Source: Holosporales bacterium (GTDB lineage: Bacteria > Pseudomonadota > Alphaproteobacteria > RUG11792). Taken from it: 63,155 nucleotides of DNA. The stretch lies in the NCBI GenBank assembly GCA_031262205.1, contig JAISID010000020.1:1-63155 (forward strand). Reading direction: 5' to 3'. The position numbers and the translations under genes were made by a program. Positions 38,075 to 47,264 of this stretch are shown here, one piece after another; within the stretch, counting starts at the first letter, position 1; every line of letters starts with the position of its first letter. Under the pieces are notes generated by a model, which saw only the letters and a list, made by a program, of their open reading frames with translations, made no database searches and was not told the DNA's origin.

Positions 38075-39130
38075 CTACTTCCTCATTAATACAACCTCGT
38101 TCATTGAGTGTTTTACAACTTTTCCCATTAGCTCTAATTCCGAAATTACGCATAGCAAATCTTTAATATTCATATTAGCGTTAACGGCTATCTCATCGAT
38201 AGAAACCGGAACTTCCGATAACATAGAAAGTATTTTCGACGAACTGTCCCCTATAGCGGCGCAGGTTTCTTTTTGTTCTTTATCAACCATGGGCAAGGGA
38301 CGCTGTGTTTCTTGTCCTCTTATTAAAGCGTCTAGAACGTCGAAATGATTTTGAATTAAAGTCGCCCCGTTTTTTATAAGCAGATTAGAACCGAAATATC
38401 TTGGGTCTAACGGCGAGCCGGGAACTACTAAAACATCGCATCCTAAATCAAGAGCCATCTGAGCCGTCGTCATAGTCCCAGATTTGGCCGCAGCTTCTAT
38501 AACGACAATAGCTTCCGCCAAAAGCGCGATTATCCTATTTCTTGCAAGAAAAGCCCCTTGATCATTAATGTAACGATTCGGAGTTTCTGTTAAAACAAGA
38601 GCATTTTTTGCTATTTTCTCATACAGCTGCAGATTTTCTTTAGGATAAATATTGTCGAACCCAAAAGGCAAAACTGAAATAGTCGCTTTGTTTTCGAGAC
38701 GTTCTAATGAACCCTGATGAGCTGCGGTATCAATTCCTTTTGCTAGTCCGGAAATTATTGCGAAATCGTTTGCTAAGTTTAGGGCTAAACTTTTCGCTAT
38801 CGATTTGCCGGCAATAGAAGCGTTCCTAGCGCCTATTATTGCAATTCTCCTTTTCGAAAGTATAGACTTATCTCCCTTATAAAAAAGAATCGGAGGACAT
38901 GAAGACGAACGCCTTAACGATCTTGGGAAGATTGGTTCGTTCGCAAGAATGATTCCGCAATTCATAGAGTGCAGTATTTTCTTAGCCTTATCTCTAGAAA
39001 ATGAAGTCGCGACATGCTTTAGAGATTCTTTGGCCGTTCCGAATTTTCTCATCATAGACCAAAACGTTTTCGGCCCTATCCCTTTTGAGTTTATTAGACA
39101 GAACCAATCCAAAACGACTTCGTCAAACAT
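38075..39130 (-). CDS. dprA: DNA-processing protein DprA
   Basis: Rossmann-like core (IAIIGARNAS..GK, SGLAKGIDTAAHQG, VIEAAAKSGTMTTAQMALDLGCDVLVVPG) and a C-terminal winged-helix-like region. Confidence 0.85.
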   Translation of the reverse strand: MFDEVVLDWFCLINSKGIGPKTFWSMMRKFGTAKESLKHVATSFSRDKAKKILHSMNCGIILANEPIFPRSLRRSSSCPPILFYKGDKSILSKRRIAIIGARNASIAGKSIAKSLALNLANDFAIISGLAKGIDTAAHQGSLERLENKATISVLPFGFDNIYPKENLQLYEKIAKNALVLTETPNRYINDQGAFLARNRIIALLAEAIVVIEAAAKSGTMTTAQMALDLGCDVLVVPGSPLDPRYFGSNLLIKNGATLIQNHFDVLDALIRGQETQRPLPMVDKEQKETCAAIGDSSSKILSMLSEVPVSIDEIAVNANMNIKDLLCVISELELMGKVVKHSMNEVVLMRK

Positions 39131-39389
39131 CTCTTAACAAATAGGCATCCTTAACAACTTATACAAGTCTATTTCATAGATTTTAATTTTTAATTAACAG
39201 CGAATAAATTCTTCAAACTCTTCAGCCTGCTACAAATAAGCTAAGGTTCTTATAAACAAAATGCCGCAGCGAATTTGGACGGTTTGTAACTATATTAAGA
39301 TAACGGCTTGGAAATGATACCTTAACGTGTAGTCATAACTTTGAAGTACGATTTTTGGGAATAGAGGATTATTTTAGTAATTATACCTT

Positions 39390-39607
39390 ATAATATTTGT
39401 CTTTTGGCGTACTGCGATTATACCGATTTATCACGCGTAACTTGTCAAGGGACGCTTCGCTTTGCTCGCTCTATTGCCCTTGACAAGAGGCTTTATAAAT
39501 CGGTCTCGTTTCTCTCGTTCCAAAAGATAAATATTATCGGGGGGAAGGTTTTGGTCGTATAGTTTATTTTCTCTTCGTTAACATCGGTATTCTAAATTTT
39601 GAAGGAA
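39390..39607 (+). repeat. Nested-palindrome dispersed repeat, copy 3 (orientation A)
   Basis: Aligns end to end with the other five copies. Confidence 0.9.
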
Positions 39608-39789
39608 AGCGAGAGCGAGCTGATAAGCTAGAGTTGTGTTAAATTGGAAATCGTCTGGCAATATATAGCTAAAATTTATAATAAACTTCAAATATATTTA
39701 AAGTAATAAAGTGCGAAGCCTCTGTAAATTATTACCAAAATTGTACTTTATTATTGTTGCTAATCATCAACGAACAACTCTCAAAATTT

Positions 39790-39815
39790 GAAAATGTTTC
39801 ACGAGAAACATTTTC
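39790..39815. repeat. 26-bp palindrome GAAAATGTTTC-ACGA-GAAACATTTTC inside an AT-rich locus
   Basis: 11-bp arms. It is nearly identical to the 24-bp perfect palindrome at 43238-43261. TAAAGTA motifs cluster on both sides. Confidence 0.8.
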
Positions 39816-40522
39816 AAAAACATGCTATCCAAAGCGATCTTTAAGTAATATAAAGTATAAATATATAAAACAGGGAATATATAATTATAATGCGATAATT
39901 AAAGTACTGTTTCCCATGAATATTTATTGGGAATCATAACTTAACACTGTCTAGTCAGGAGACGGTGTCTTTTTCTTTCTAAAAAGCAAGGAATTTATTT
40001 GGAAAATCTTAACGTTCTATTAACCTTTTTATGATATGCATAAAGCTATGCTTGCATAGATTGAGTAGTTAAGGGATGCGCAGCCCCGAGGAGGGCGGGG
40101 GTTTGGGATGGTTATTGTAATATACAATTAGTTAATTTTTCGTTAATTTTTGAAATTTTTTTTCATCAAAATTTCTTATCAAAGTTTCCTCAATTTTCGC
40201 TAGACTTTTCATCAAATTTCCCCGCCGAGTTTTTTGCCCGATTTTCCTCTCAATTTTGGGTCTAATTTCCCAAAGGAATTTCGCCTGGGTTTTGGAGCCA
40301 TTTTTCTCAAGGATAATTTTCTCCATCGCTTCGTAACTCTTCTAGGTTGTTTAACAACGCGTCATAGGACGATTCTTAGGTCTTGTTTAGACGAGTTCGC
40401 AACATATTAACGCTGCGTAGTCAAAATGCCCCCGCGTCTTCGCCGAAAGGTTTAGCAAAGATAAAAGACTAGGGCGACTTTCCAACCTGCCGCTGAAATG
40501 TTATTTTGCATATACAACAGAG

Positions 40523-41263
40523 TTAGCCTGTTTTGGCGCTTGCGCTCGCGATTGTCACGCAGGCGACGTATTTTGCTCCAGCTGTTTTTAATGTCTTCGC
40601 GCATTCGTTTAACGTGGCTCCAGTCGTTAAGACGTCGTCCGCTACTATAACGCTTTTGCCTTCAAGGTTAGTCGCGCAAACAAACGCTTCTTTAACATTA
40701 GTCAGTCTTTCTATCGTCGTCTTGTTTTTTTGATAGTCGGTTTTTCTATTTCTTTTAAGGAAGTTCGAATATTTTACGTCCGATATTTTCGATAACTCCG
40801 CCGCAATAATATTGGCGGGGTTAAATCCTCGTTTAAGTAATCTTGTCCAATGAGACGGGACCGGTGTTATAAAATCTGCATTCTCGAAAACCTCTCGGTA
40901 TTTTGAAAATATTCTTCTAGCGCAAATTCTGGCGGCGTGGTTATCCGCCTGCTTTTTGATTTTCATTATTATGCGTCTCGACACGTCGTTATACTGAAAA
41001 ATCGCTCTTGCAACGTCAAAATGCATTTCATATTTTTGACACGATTCGCATATATCAAAAGAGCAGTCTTTTAGCTCTTGGAAATGCATCGCGCTTGGCG
41101 GAGATTCAAATATCCTCCCGCAACGTTTGCATATTGGGTAATCTATAAAGACTATTTCCGAAAAGCATTTTGGACAAAACAAAGAGTCTTCATCGACTTC
41201 GCCGCCGCACGCTATGCACCTATGAGGGAACAACCAATTTATAAAGCATTTCAAATTTTCCAT
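40523..41263 (-). CDS. comF: ComF-family protein (phosphoribosyltransferase-like competence protein)
   Basis: N-terminal Cys-rich zinc-finger-like region (CIACG..., CPKC..., CKRCG). The C-terminal PRTase motif is VIVADDVLTTGATL. Confidence 0.8.
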   Translation of the reverse strand: MENLKCFINWLFPHRCIACGGEVDEDSLFCPKCFSEIVFIDYPICKRCGRIFESPPSAMHFQELKDCSFDICESCQKYEMHFDVARAIFQYNDVSRRIIMKIKKQADNHAARICARRIFSKYREVFENADFITPVPSHWTRLLKRGFNPANIIAAELSKISDVKYSNFLKRNRKTDYQKNKTTIERLTNVKEAFVCATNLEGKSVIVADDVLTTGATLNECAKTLKTAGAKYVACVTIASASAKTG

Positions 41264-41292
41264 ATTTTATGATATTTTATAAGTAAATCTCG

Positions 41293-42954
41293 TTGTTTTT
41301 ATTATTAAGTATTCCATACTTTAACGAGTTTTCAGTGAAAATTTTCTGTATTTTAGGTTTAGTAACATTAGTCGTTGGTTGCGATAATCTTGTTAAGACA
41401 AAATATCTTTCTAAAAACGTTAAGGAGGATTCGATAAACAACCTCGCAACTCCGATTTACGACGAAGAAGAAACCAAAATCCCAGAGATTCAAGAGCCGC
41501 AAGCAACAATACCAGAAGAGCTTAATCAAAAAGCATCTCTTCTTTTAAACGAGAATTTATCCGTAAAATCGGTTTTATATGAAACCGCTAAGAGGTTAAA
41601 CATAAATTTCCAAATGGAACCGGCGGTTGACTCAAGAATTATTTTCCAAGCGAAAGACAAACCGTTTATAGAAATACTAGACGCCGTTTGCGATATGGCC
41701 GATTTGAGGTATACGATCTCGCGCGGCTTAGTAAAGGTCGAGAGAGACGCGCCTTATTCCGCGACATACGACGTTCAGTTTTTAAATCTTTCAAGAGACA
41801 GCGAAAACAAAATTTCAATTACGACTGAAGTAAACTCCTCTTCAGGGAACGGTCTAGACGTTAAAGATAATCCGCAATCCGACAGCAACGTCTTAATAAA
41901 AGCAAAAAGCGACTTTTGGTCGGAGCTTGAGGAAGGATTGAAGATTATTGTCGGAGCAGAGTCTAAGGACGTTAAAAAGTATTCGGTCAATAAACAAGCC
42001 GGCATTGTTACTATCTTGGGAAATTCCAAGACTCAACGAAACGTTAAGGAATATATAACTAAAATCAAAGACTCCACAATGAGCCAGGTTTTAATCGAGG
42101 CTAAAATCATAGAGGTTTATTTAAAAAACGAATACAGACGCGGCATTAATTGGGGCTTGCTTAGCGGCAGGTTTCGAATGGGAAGCGGTTCTTTCAACAA
42201 TTCTGGCAACGGAATTAATAATATAGGCTCCCACGGCGAAGCAATAAAATTCATGTATGATTCCAGCAGAAAAGGTTATCCCGACATGAATACAATAGTT
42301 GGAGCCTTAGAGGAATTTGGTTCGACAAGGACAATCTCAAATCCTAGAATAACCGCGATGAACAACCAAGCCGCAGTATTGAAGGTCGCTCAGAATCATG
42401 TGTATTTCAAATTAAATTATGAAAAGAATTACGTTAACGACACAAACAACAGACAGGAAGTGTCTGTGTCTAGCGATATAAAAACGGTTCCTCTAGGTTT
42501 GGTTATGTTTGTCCAACCGTCGATCGATATGTCCACTAGAACTGTAACTCTTTTCCTCAGACCAACAATTACAAAACTAGCGAGTTCAGTTAACGATCCA
42601 GCCGTTAATATAGCAATGAAAAACAGCGCGACTGGGGTTATAGAAGACGGAGACAGATCTAAAATTCCGATAACCGAAGTTCGCGAGGTCGCGTCAATCC
42701 TGAAATTAAACGATGGAGAAGTCGCCGTATTAGGCGGGTTTATGGAAGTAAGATCGTCAAAGAATAAATCTGGCATCCCAGGATTTAAAGATATTCCAAT
42801 AGCGGGAGAACTCGTTTCGTCAAACGGTATGGGCGACGAAATTGTCGAACTCGTGATATTGATTAAAGTTAAACTTACCGGCGGCGGACTTAGAAATCAG
42901 AGAGCTGCAGATATACGACTTCAACGTTTTGTCCCCGATCCAAGGCCTTTTTGA
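41293..42954 (+). CDS. Secretin-family outer-membrane channel, lipoprotein type (MshL/PilQ/GspD-like); probable GTG start at 41335
   Basis: Lipobox LVVGC. The secretin domain runs from VLIEAKIIEVYLKNEYRRGINWG to ...DGEVAVLGGF...SGIPGFKDIPIAGELV...ELVILIKVK. Confidence 0.8.
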   Translation: MFLLLSIPYFNEFSVKIFCILGLVTLVVGCDNLVKTKYLSKNVKEDSINNLATPIYDEEETKIPEIQEPQATIPEELNQKASLLLNENLSVKSVLYETAKRLNINFQMEPAVDSRIIFQAKDKPFIEILDAVCDMADLRYTISRGLVKVERDAPYSATYDVQFLNLSRDSENKISITTEVNSSSGNGLDVKDNPQSDSNVLIKAKSDFWSELEEGLKIIVGAESKDVKKYSVNKQAGIVTILGNSKTQRNVKEYITKIKDSTMSQVLIEAKIIEVYLKNEYRRGINWGLLSGRFRMGSGSFNNSGNGINNIGSHGEAIKFMYDSSRKGYPDMNTIVGALEEFGSTRTISNPRITAMNNQAAVLKVAQNHVYFKLNYEKNYVNDTNNRQEVSVSSDIKTVPLGLVMFVQPSIDMSTRTVTLFLRPTITKLASSVNDPAVNIAMKNSATGVIEDGDRSKIPITEVREVASILKLNDGEVAVLGGFMEVRSSKNKSGIPGFKDIPIAGELVSSNGMGDEIVELVILIKVKLTGGGLRNQRAADIRLQRFVPDPRPF

Positions 42955-43237
42955 TCTTAGATTTTTTTGAGCCAAGACCTTTGCTTAGAATTTAAAGTTT
43001 ATTAAATTGGCTCCTTTCCTTAGAACTACTCTAAGTTTTGGATAGTCTCACAGTTGTTGTTTTCTACGGATAGGCGCCTATACGCTTCTGGCGATATAGT
43101 ATATTTAAGTATATAATTAAAATTATACAATATTATATAAGTATACTTAAAGTATACGCATTATATAGCCTTCGTGTATTTTTGCTAAATCGCGGCTTAT
43201 TATTACTGCACATCGTCAAAAATCATTTCAAAAAACA

Positions 43238-43261
43238 AAAATGTTTCACGTGAAACATTTT
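43238..43261. repeat. 24-bp perfect palindrome AAAATGTTTCACGTGAAACATTTT inside an AT-rich locus
   Basis: Perfect dyad flanked by A and T runs. It pairs with the near-identical dyad at 39790-39815. Confidence 0.85.
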
Positions 43262-43522
43262 AAAAAATAGATTAACCTTGGCAGTCTTCGTCTGAAGTAG
43301 TATTAAAGTAACGTAAAGTATAGTTATGTAAAGTTAATAAGATATTAAGTTATAATCAGAATTAAGCTAAGTATTGTTATGCGTTTTTAATACAATACGG
43401 ATGCTCTGTTTTCTTTTGTATGTCGGCGTATTGATATTTGTGAAATTCGTAAGTTATTACGGGAGTCGCTTGTCGCTATTCCGCAAGCCTCCGTTTCTCA
43501 GCGGCCTCTTTCTCCTGCGAAC

Positions 43523-43684
43523 TTAAGCTCTATAAGAGCCGTCGCCCTTTTTCACATCGTAGAACTCTCCAGTCCTGAAATTCTTCTCCCAGACCGAACC
43601 GTCGGGATTTACATGCCGCGATATGCTCTTTTTCCCGTCTTTTCGGTCAATTTTTCTTCTAAAATTCGCGACGTCTACAGACAT
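43523..43684 (-). CDS. Small hypothetical protein (53 aa, below the ORF-track cutoff)
   Basis: ATG at 43684 is preceded by AAGGA about 6 nt upstream. It translates MSVDVANFRRKIDRKDGKKSISRHVNPDGSVWEKNFRTGEFYDVKKGDGSYRA and lies downstream of the 43813-44313 gene on the same strand. Confidence 0.35.
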   Translation of the reverse strand: MSVDVANFRRKIDRKDGKKSISRHVNPDGSVWEKNFRTGEFYDVKKGDGSYRA

Positions 43685-43812
43685 AATTTTTCCTTATGCA
43701 ACTTTATAGTTGCAAAATAATAAAATTTATAAGAGAATATAATTCTCTTTTTGGTTGCCGTTAGGTTAACGCCTAACGGCATCTTCTTACAAGAAATATA
43801 TTTTTATGAAAA

Positions 43813-44313
43813 CTATTTTTTCCGATTGATTTTATAGTTGAAATTTTGTAGCTTAAAGCCGAGTTTTTTCCTCGAAATTTTATCGCGTATTCGATCGTAA
43901 ATAACGAATAAATCCATCCGTTTAAATTTCTCGTAGGTATATTCAATGCTTCTATTCGTATCTTTTATTACATCCTTGAGGTAATCCTCGTAACTTGGCG
44001 CGTCTCTTCCGCTATACTTTACGTAGATTTCATATGAATCTTTGTTTAATCGCTCATGTCCCGCTATGATTTTTGTTATTTTTATCAAGTTAAAAATCAA
44101 CCGCCAAACGCATCCCCATCCCCCGCCGACTAATCCAAACCCTAATACAAAGAAGGCGGGAACAATAATGAATATAACCACTCCTAAAAGTACGAAACCG
44201 AATGCCGATCCGACCGCTAAAAAAGTTATATGTTCAATACTATTGATTCCGCATTTCAGTCCAAGGCATAGGAGTCCTAGGACTCCGTAATATATTATCC
44301 AGTCGTATCTCAT
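43813..44313 (-). CDS. Hypothetical membrane protein with charged cytoplasmic C-terminal domain
   Basis: 166 aa. It has 2-3 hydrophobic segments with a GxxxG-rich stretch (GFGLVGGGWG), then a Lys/Tyr/Asp-rich soluble part. No recognised family. Confidence 0.45.
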   Translation of the reverse strand: MRYDWIIYYGVLGLLCLGLKCGINSIEHITFLAVGSAFGFVLLGVVIFIIVPAFFVLGFGLVGGGWGCVWRLIFNLIKITKIIAGHERLNKDSYEIYVKYSGRDAPSYEDYLKDVIKDTNRSIEYTYEKFKRMDLFVIYDRIRDKISRKKLGFKLQNFNYKINRKK

Positions 44314-44725
44314 TTTATCCTACTTTCCCAAAGTTAATTTGGCCCACTCGGCTTCAGCTTGTGCAATAGCGTTTCGCACCTGTAGCTTCTTATTGTTCTT
44401 TTTCCACTGATACGCTGCCACATCGCCTTTTTTATTCGTATCGGCTTATTGTAATCCAGCGAACTCTTAAACTGACAAATCACGTTTTTCCTATGCCTAG
44501 CTGCGTATCTCTTATCTGAAAACCCATACCGTTCCCGCTATTAATATTAGGTATATTACTACTTGCCAAAGTTTGAAATTAGGCTTTTCTAAGCGCTCTT
44601 TTACGGAATCATCCCTTATTAACTAGGATCCTTATAAATAGAATTGCGCCACAAAGTATCGTATATGTTAGGAGTCTATAGAGAGCGATTCCAAACCTAA
44701 ACATTAACGCCCCGTTGCAGGCGTT

Positions 44726-44943
44726 CCTCTACAAAATCCAGGATACCGGCGTTAACTGTAAGTAAGCGACGTTGAAGACGCAAACCGCTCCCCCCAATAA
44801 TATTTATCTTTTGGAACGAGAGAAACGAGACCGATTTATAAAGCGTCTTGTCAAGGGCTTTAGAGCTGAGCAAAGCGAAGCGTCCCTTGACAAGCTGCGC
44901 GTGATAAATCGGTATAATCGAAGGAGCCAAAAGAAAAATATTA
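44726..44943 (-). repeat. Nested-palindrome dispersed repeat, copy 4 (orientation B)
   Basis: The reverse complement aligns with the A-orientation copies. Confidence 0.9.
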
Positions 44944-45100
44944 TAGTTATAATTTAACGTTAATATCAAACTATACCAGAACTTCAGTTGTAATAAATCA
45001 CATGAAAATATAACGGTTTTCATAAAAGAGTCTCCCTTCTAACCCGCCGATATTTATGATAAGCTAAGCTACGAGTTCGCTGTAAAAAGCATATAAACAT

Positions 45101-46639
45101 ATGAAAACTATCTTCATTACCACGCCTATATATTATGTAAATGCAAAACCGCACATTGGCCACGCTTATACAACCGTCGTCTGCGACGTATTTGCAAGGT
45201 TTTGCCGAATGACGGGCTTCGATGTAAAGTTTTCAACTGGGACGGACGAACACGGTAAAAAGATTGAACAGAGCGCAAACAATTCTAATATAGAGCCTCA
45301 AAAATTCACGGACGATATATCGAAGTTGTTCAAAGACTTGCTTGGATATCTCAACATAACTAACGATGATTTTATAAGAACTACCGAACTACGGCACAAA
45401 AAAACCGTGTCGCATTTTTGGAATCTATTAAAAGAAAAAGGATATATATACCTCGGCGAATATTCCGGTTGGTACGACATGAAGAACGAAGCGTACTTCG
45501 CGGAAAACGAGTTAATCGACGGGAAATCTCCTCTTGGAGGAGACGTTCAATATATGACGGAAAAATGTTATTTTTTCAAACTATCCGCTTTTCAAGATCG
45601 ACTTTTGGATTTCTACGAAAAGAACCCCGATTTTATATACCCGACTCAACGAAAAAACGAAGTCGTAAGTTTTATAAAACAAGGGCTTAACGACCTGGCG
45701 ATTTCAAGGACTACGTTTAGTTGGGGCATCCCAGTTCCAGACGATCCGCAACATGTGGTATACGTATGGCTAGACGCCCTTACCAATTATCTTACCGTAA
45801 ACGGATATCCTGAAAACGAAGATCAAAATAACGATAAATATTGGCAAAACGTTATTCACTTTGTGGGCAAAGAAATCGTAAGATTCCACGCTCTGTATTG
45901 GCCGGCTTTCCTAATGGCGGCAAACATTAATCCGCCGAAACAAATCGTAGCTCACGGTTGGTGGCTCAGCGAAGGCGAGAAAATGTCTAAATCTGTAGGG
46001 AACGTTCAAGACCCAATTAAATATTGTAAACTGTTCGGCTCCGACGCCTTAAGATATTTCATGTTAAGAGAGCTGCCGTTTGGAATGGATGGGAACTTTT
46101 CGCTCGGCGGTTTCATAAATAGATACAATTCTGCGCTTGCAAATTCCTATGGGAATTTATGCAGCAGAGTATTCTCGTTTATTACAAAACGCCGCGACGG
46201 CCGCGTAACCAGACCAAATAATATGAAAGAGGAAGATATAACGTTCATAGACGAAGTCGACAAATCTTTAAGGGAGGCGATAAATCTTATCCAACAATAC
46301 GCTTTCAGCAAATATTTAGAAAAAATAGAACGCTCCATATCGCTCGCAAATCAATACGTCGATTATCAAAAGCCTTGGACGCTGAAGGAATCAGACCCAA
46401 AAAGAATGCAAGACGTCTTGTTTATTTTGGTCGAGCAAATTTATAAGATTACAAAGTTGTTATTCCCAGTAATTCCAATTGCGGCGGAAAAGGTTTTAAA
46501 ACAAATAAACCCCCGCTACGAATTGAAACTCGTAGAAGGGGAAAAAATACCGGACGACGTTATCATAAGCGAATTCGAACCGCTGTTTCCAAAGATCGAC
46601 GTAAAAGCCGAAAACTTCGACGTCTTCGCAAAGGAATAA
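45101..46639 (+). CDS. metG: Methionyl-tRNA synthetase (short form)
   Basis: HIGH motif PHIGHAYT, KMSKS motif KMSKSVGN, and class I MetRS architecture without the C-terminal dimerisation domain. Confidence 0.95.
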   Translation: MKTIFITTPIYYVNAKPHIGHAYTTVVCDVFARFCRMTGFDVKFSTGTDEHGKKIEQSANNSNIEPQKFTDDISKLFKDLLGYLNITNDDFIRTTELRHKKTVSHFWNLLKEKGYIYLGEYSGWYDMKNEAYFAENELIDGKSPLGGDVQYMTEKCYFFKLSAFQDRLLDFYEKNPDFIYPTQRKNEVVSFIKQGLNDLAISRTTFSWGIPVPDDPQHVVYVWLDALTNYLTVNGYPENEDQNNDKYWQNVIHFVGKEIVRFHALYWPAFLMAANINPPKQIVAHGWWLSEGEKMSKSVGNVQDPIKYCKLFGSDALRYFMLRELPFGMDGNFSLGGFINRYNSALANSYGNLCSRVFSFITKRRDGRVTRPNNMKEEDITFIDEVDKSLREAINLIQQYAFSKYLEKIERSISLANQYVDYQKPWTLKESDPKRMQDVLFILVEQIYKITKLLFPVIPIAAEKVLKQINPRYELKLVEGEKIPDDVIISEFEPLFPKIDVKAENFDVFAKE

Positions 46640-46860
46640 CTCTAACGCCGACAAATTAAATCTTTGAGCAAGACAAAATATAATGAAGAACAATTGGGAA
46701 TTAGCTTTGCATTATTTTATCTTTTAAATAGAATCTTGTCGGCGCGTAGTAGCGATTTGTCGGCGGATTACTAAAACTCCAGAGATTCTAAAAGATTTCC
46801 CCATATTTATAAACTGGTTATTGCTCGCATCCAGTAACGCTAGCATCAGTCGCCAAGAGT

Positions 46861-47078
46861 CCCTCCTCAAATTCCAAGATACCGGCGTTAATGAAAAGAG
46901 AAACCAGACTATAATACCAAACCTTCCCCAATAATATTTTTCTTTTGGAACGAGGATATCTCGACCGATTTATAAAGCGACTTGTCAAGGGCTATAGAGC
47001 GAACGAAGAGAAGCGTCCCTTGACAAGCTGCACGTGATAAATCGGTATAATCGAAGTACGCCAAAAGATAAATATTAT
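46861..47078 (-). repeat. Nested-palindrome dispersed repeat, copy 5 (orientation B)
   Basis: Aligns with copy 4 in the same orientation, so the two bracket metG as direct repeats. Confidence 0.9.
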
Positions 47079-47264
47079 AGATACATTGTAAATAAACTTA
47101 GGATTCTTACAACAGCGCTTGATAATAATTTCCCATGCTGAAAAGAACAAAATCATACGGCGAGGCGAAAACGTATACCTCTGGGTATTCAAACAGAATT
47201 TCTCTTAAAATATCGCAATAATTTATGGTATATGTAAACTACGATCTCGTAAATTACGGTAAAC

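Noticed and set aside
39754-39939. 61-aa ORF (+) spanning the 26-bp palindrome, followed by a weak hairpin plus T-run at about 39953-39990
   Set aside because: It has a non-ATG start, an AT-rich low-complexity translation, and contains the dyad. It is more likely non-coding. A small RNA is possible but not demonstrable here.
40132-40326. 64-aa Lys/Glu/Ile-rich ORF (-) over a region with recurring AATTTTC/AATTTCC motifs; considered as an iteron array or small gene
   Set aside because: Motif spacing is irregular at 8-27 nt. The ORF is low-complexity with no clear ribosome-binding site. Neither interpretation can be supported from sequence alone.
44330-44560. Minus-strand frames reading ...GFSDKRYAARHRKNVICQFKSSLDYNKPIRIKK... 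and ...GDVAAYQWKKNNKKLQVRNAIAQAEAEWAKLTLGK
   Set aside because: It looks like a frameshifted gene remnant. There is no start codon, and I cannot assign a family, so it is not reported as a feature.
44697-45023. 108-aa ORF (-), and 46992-47192 (-), sharing the peptide IIPIYH.QLVKGRF
   Set aside because: The similarity arises because both read through copies of the 218-bp palindromic repeat. They are not a protein family, although in-frame repeat insertions are known in Rickettsia.
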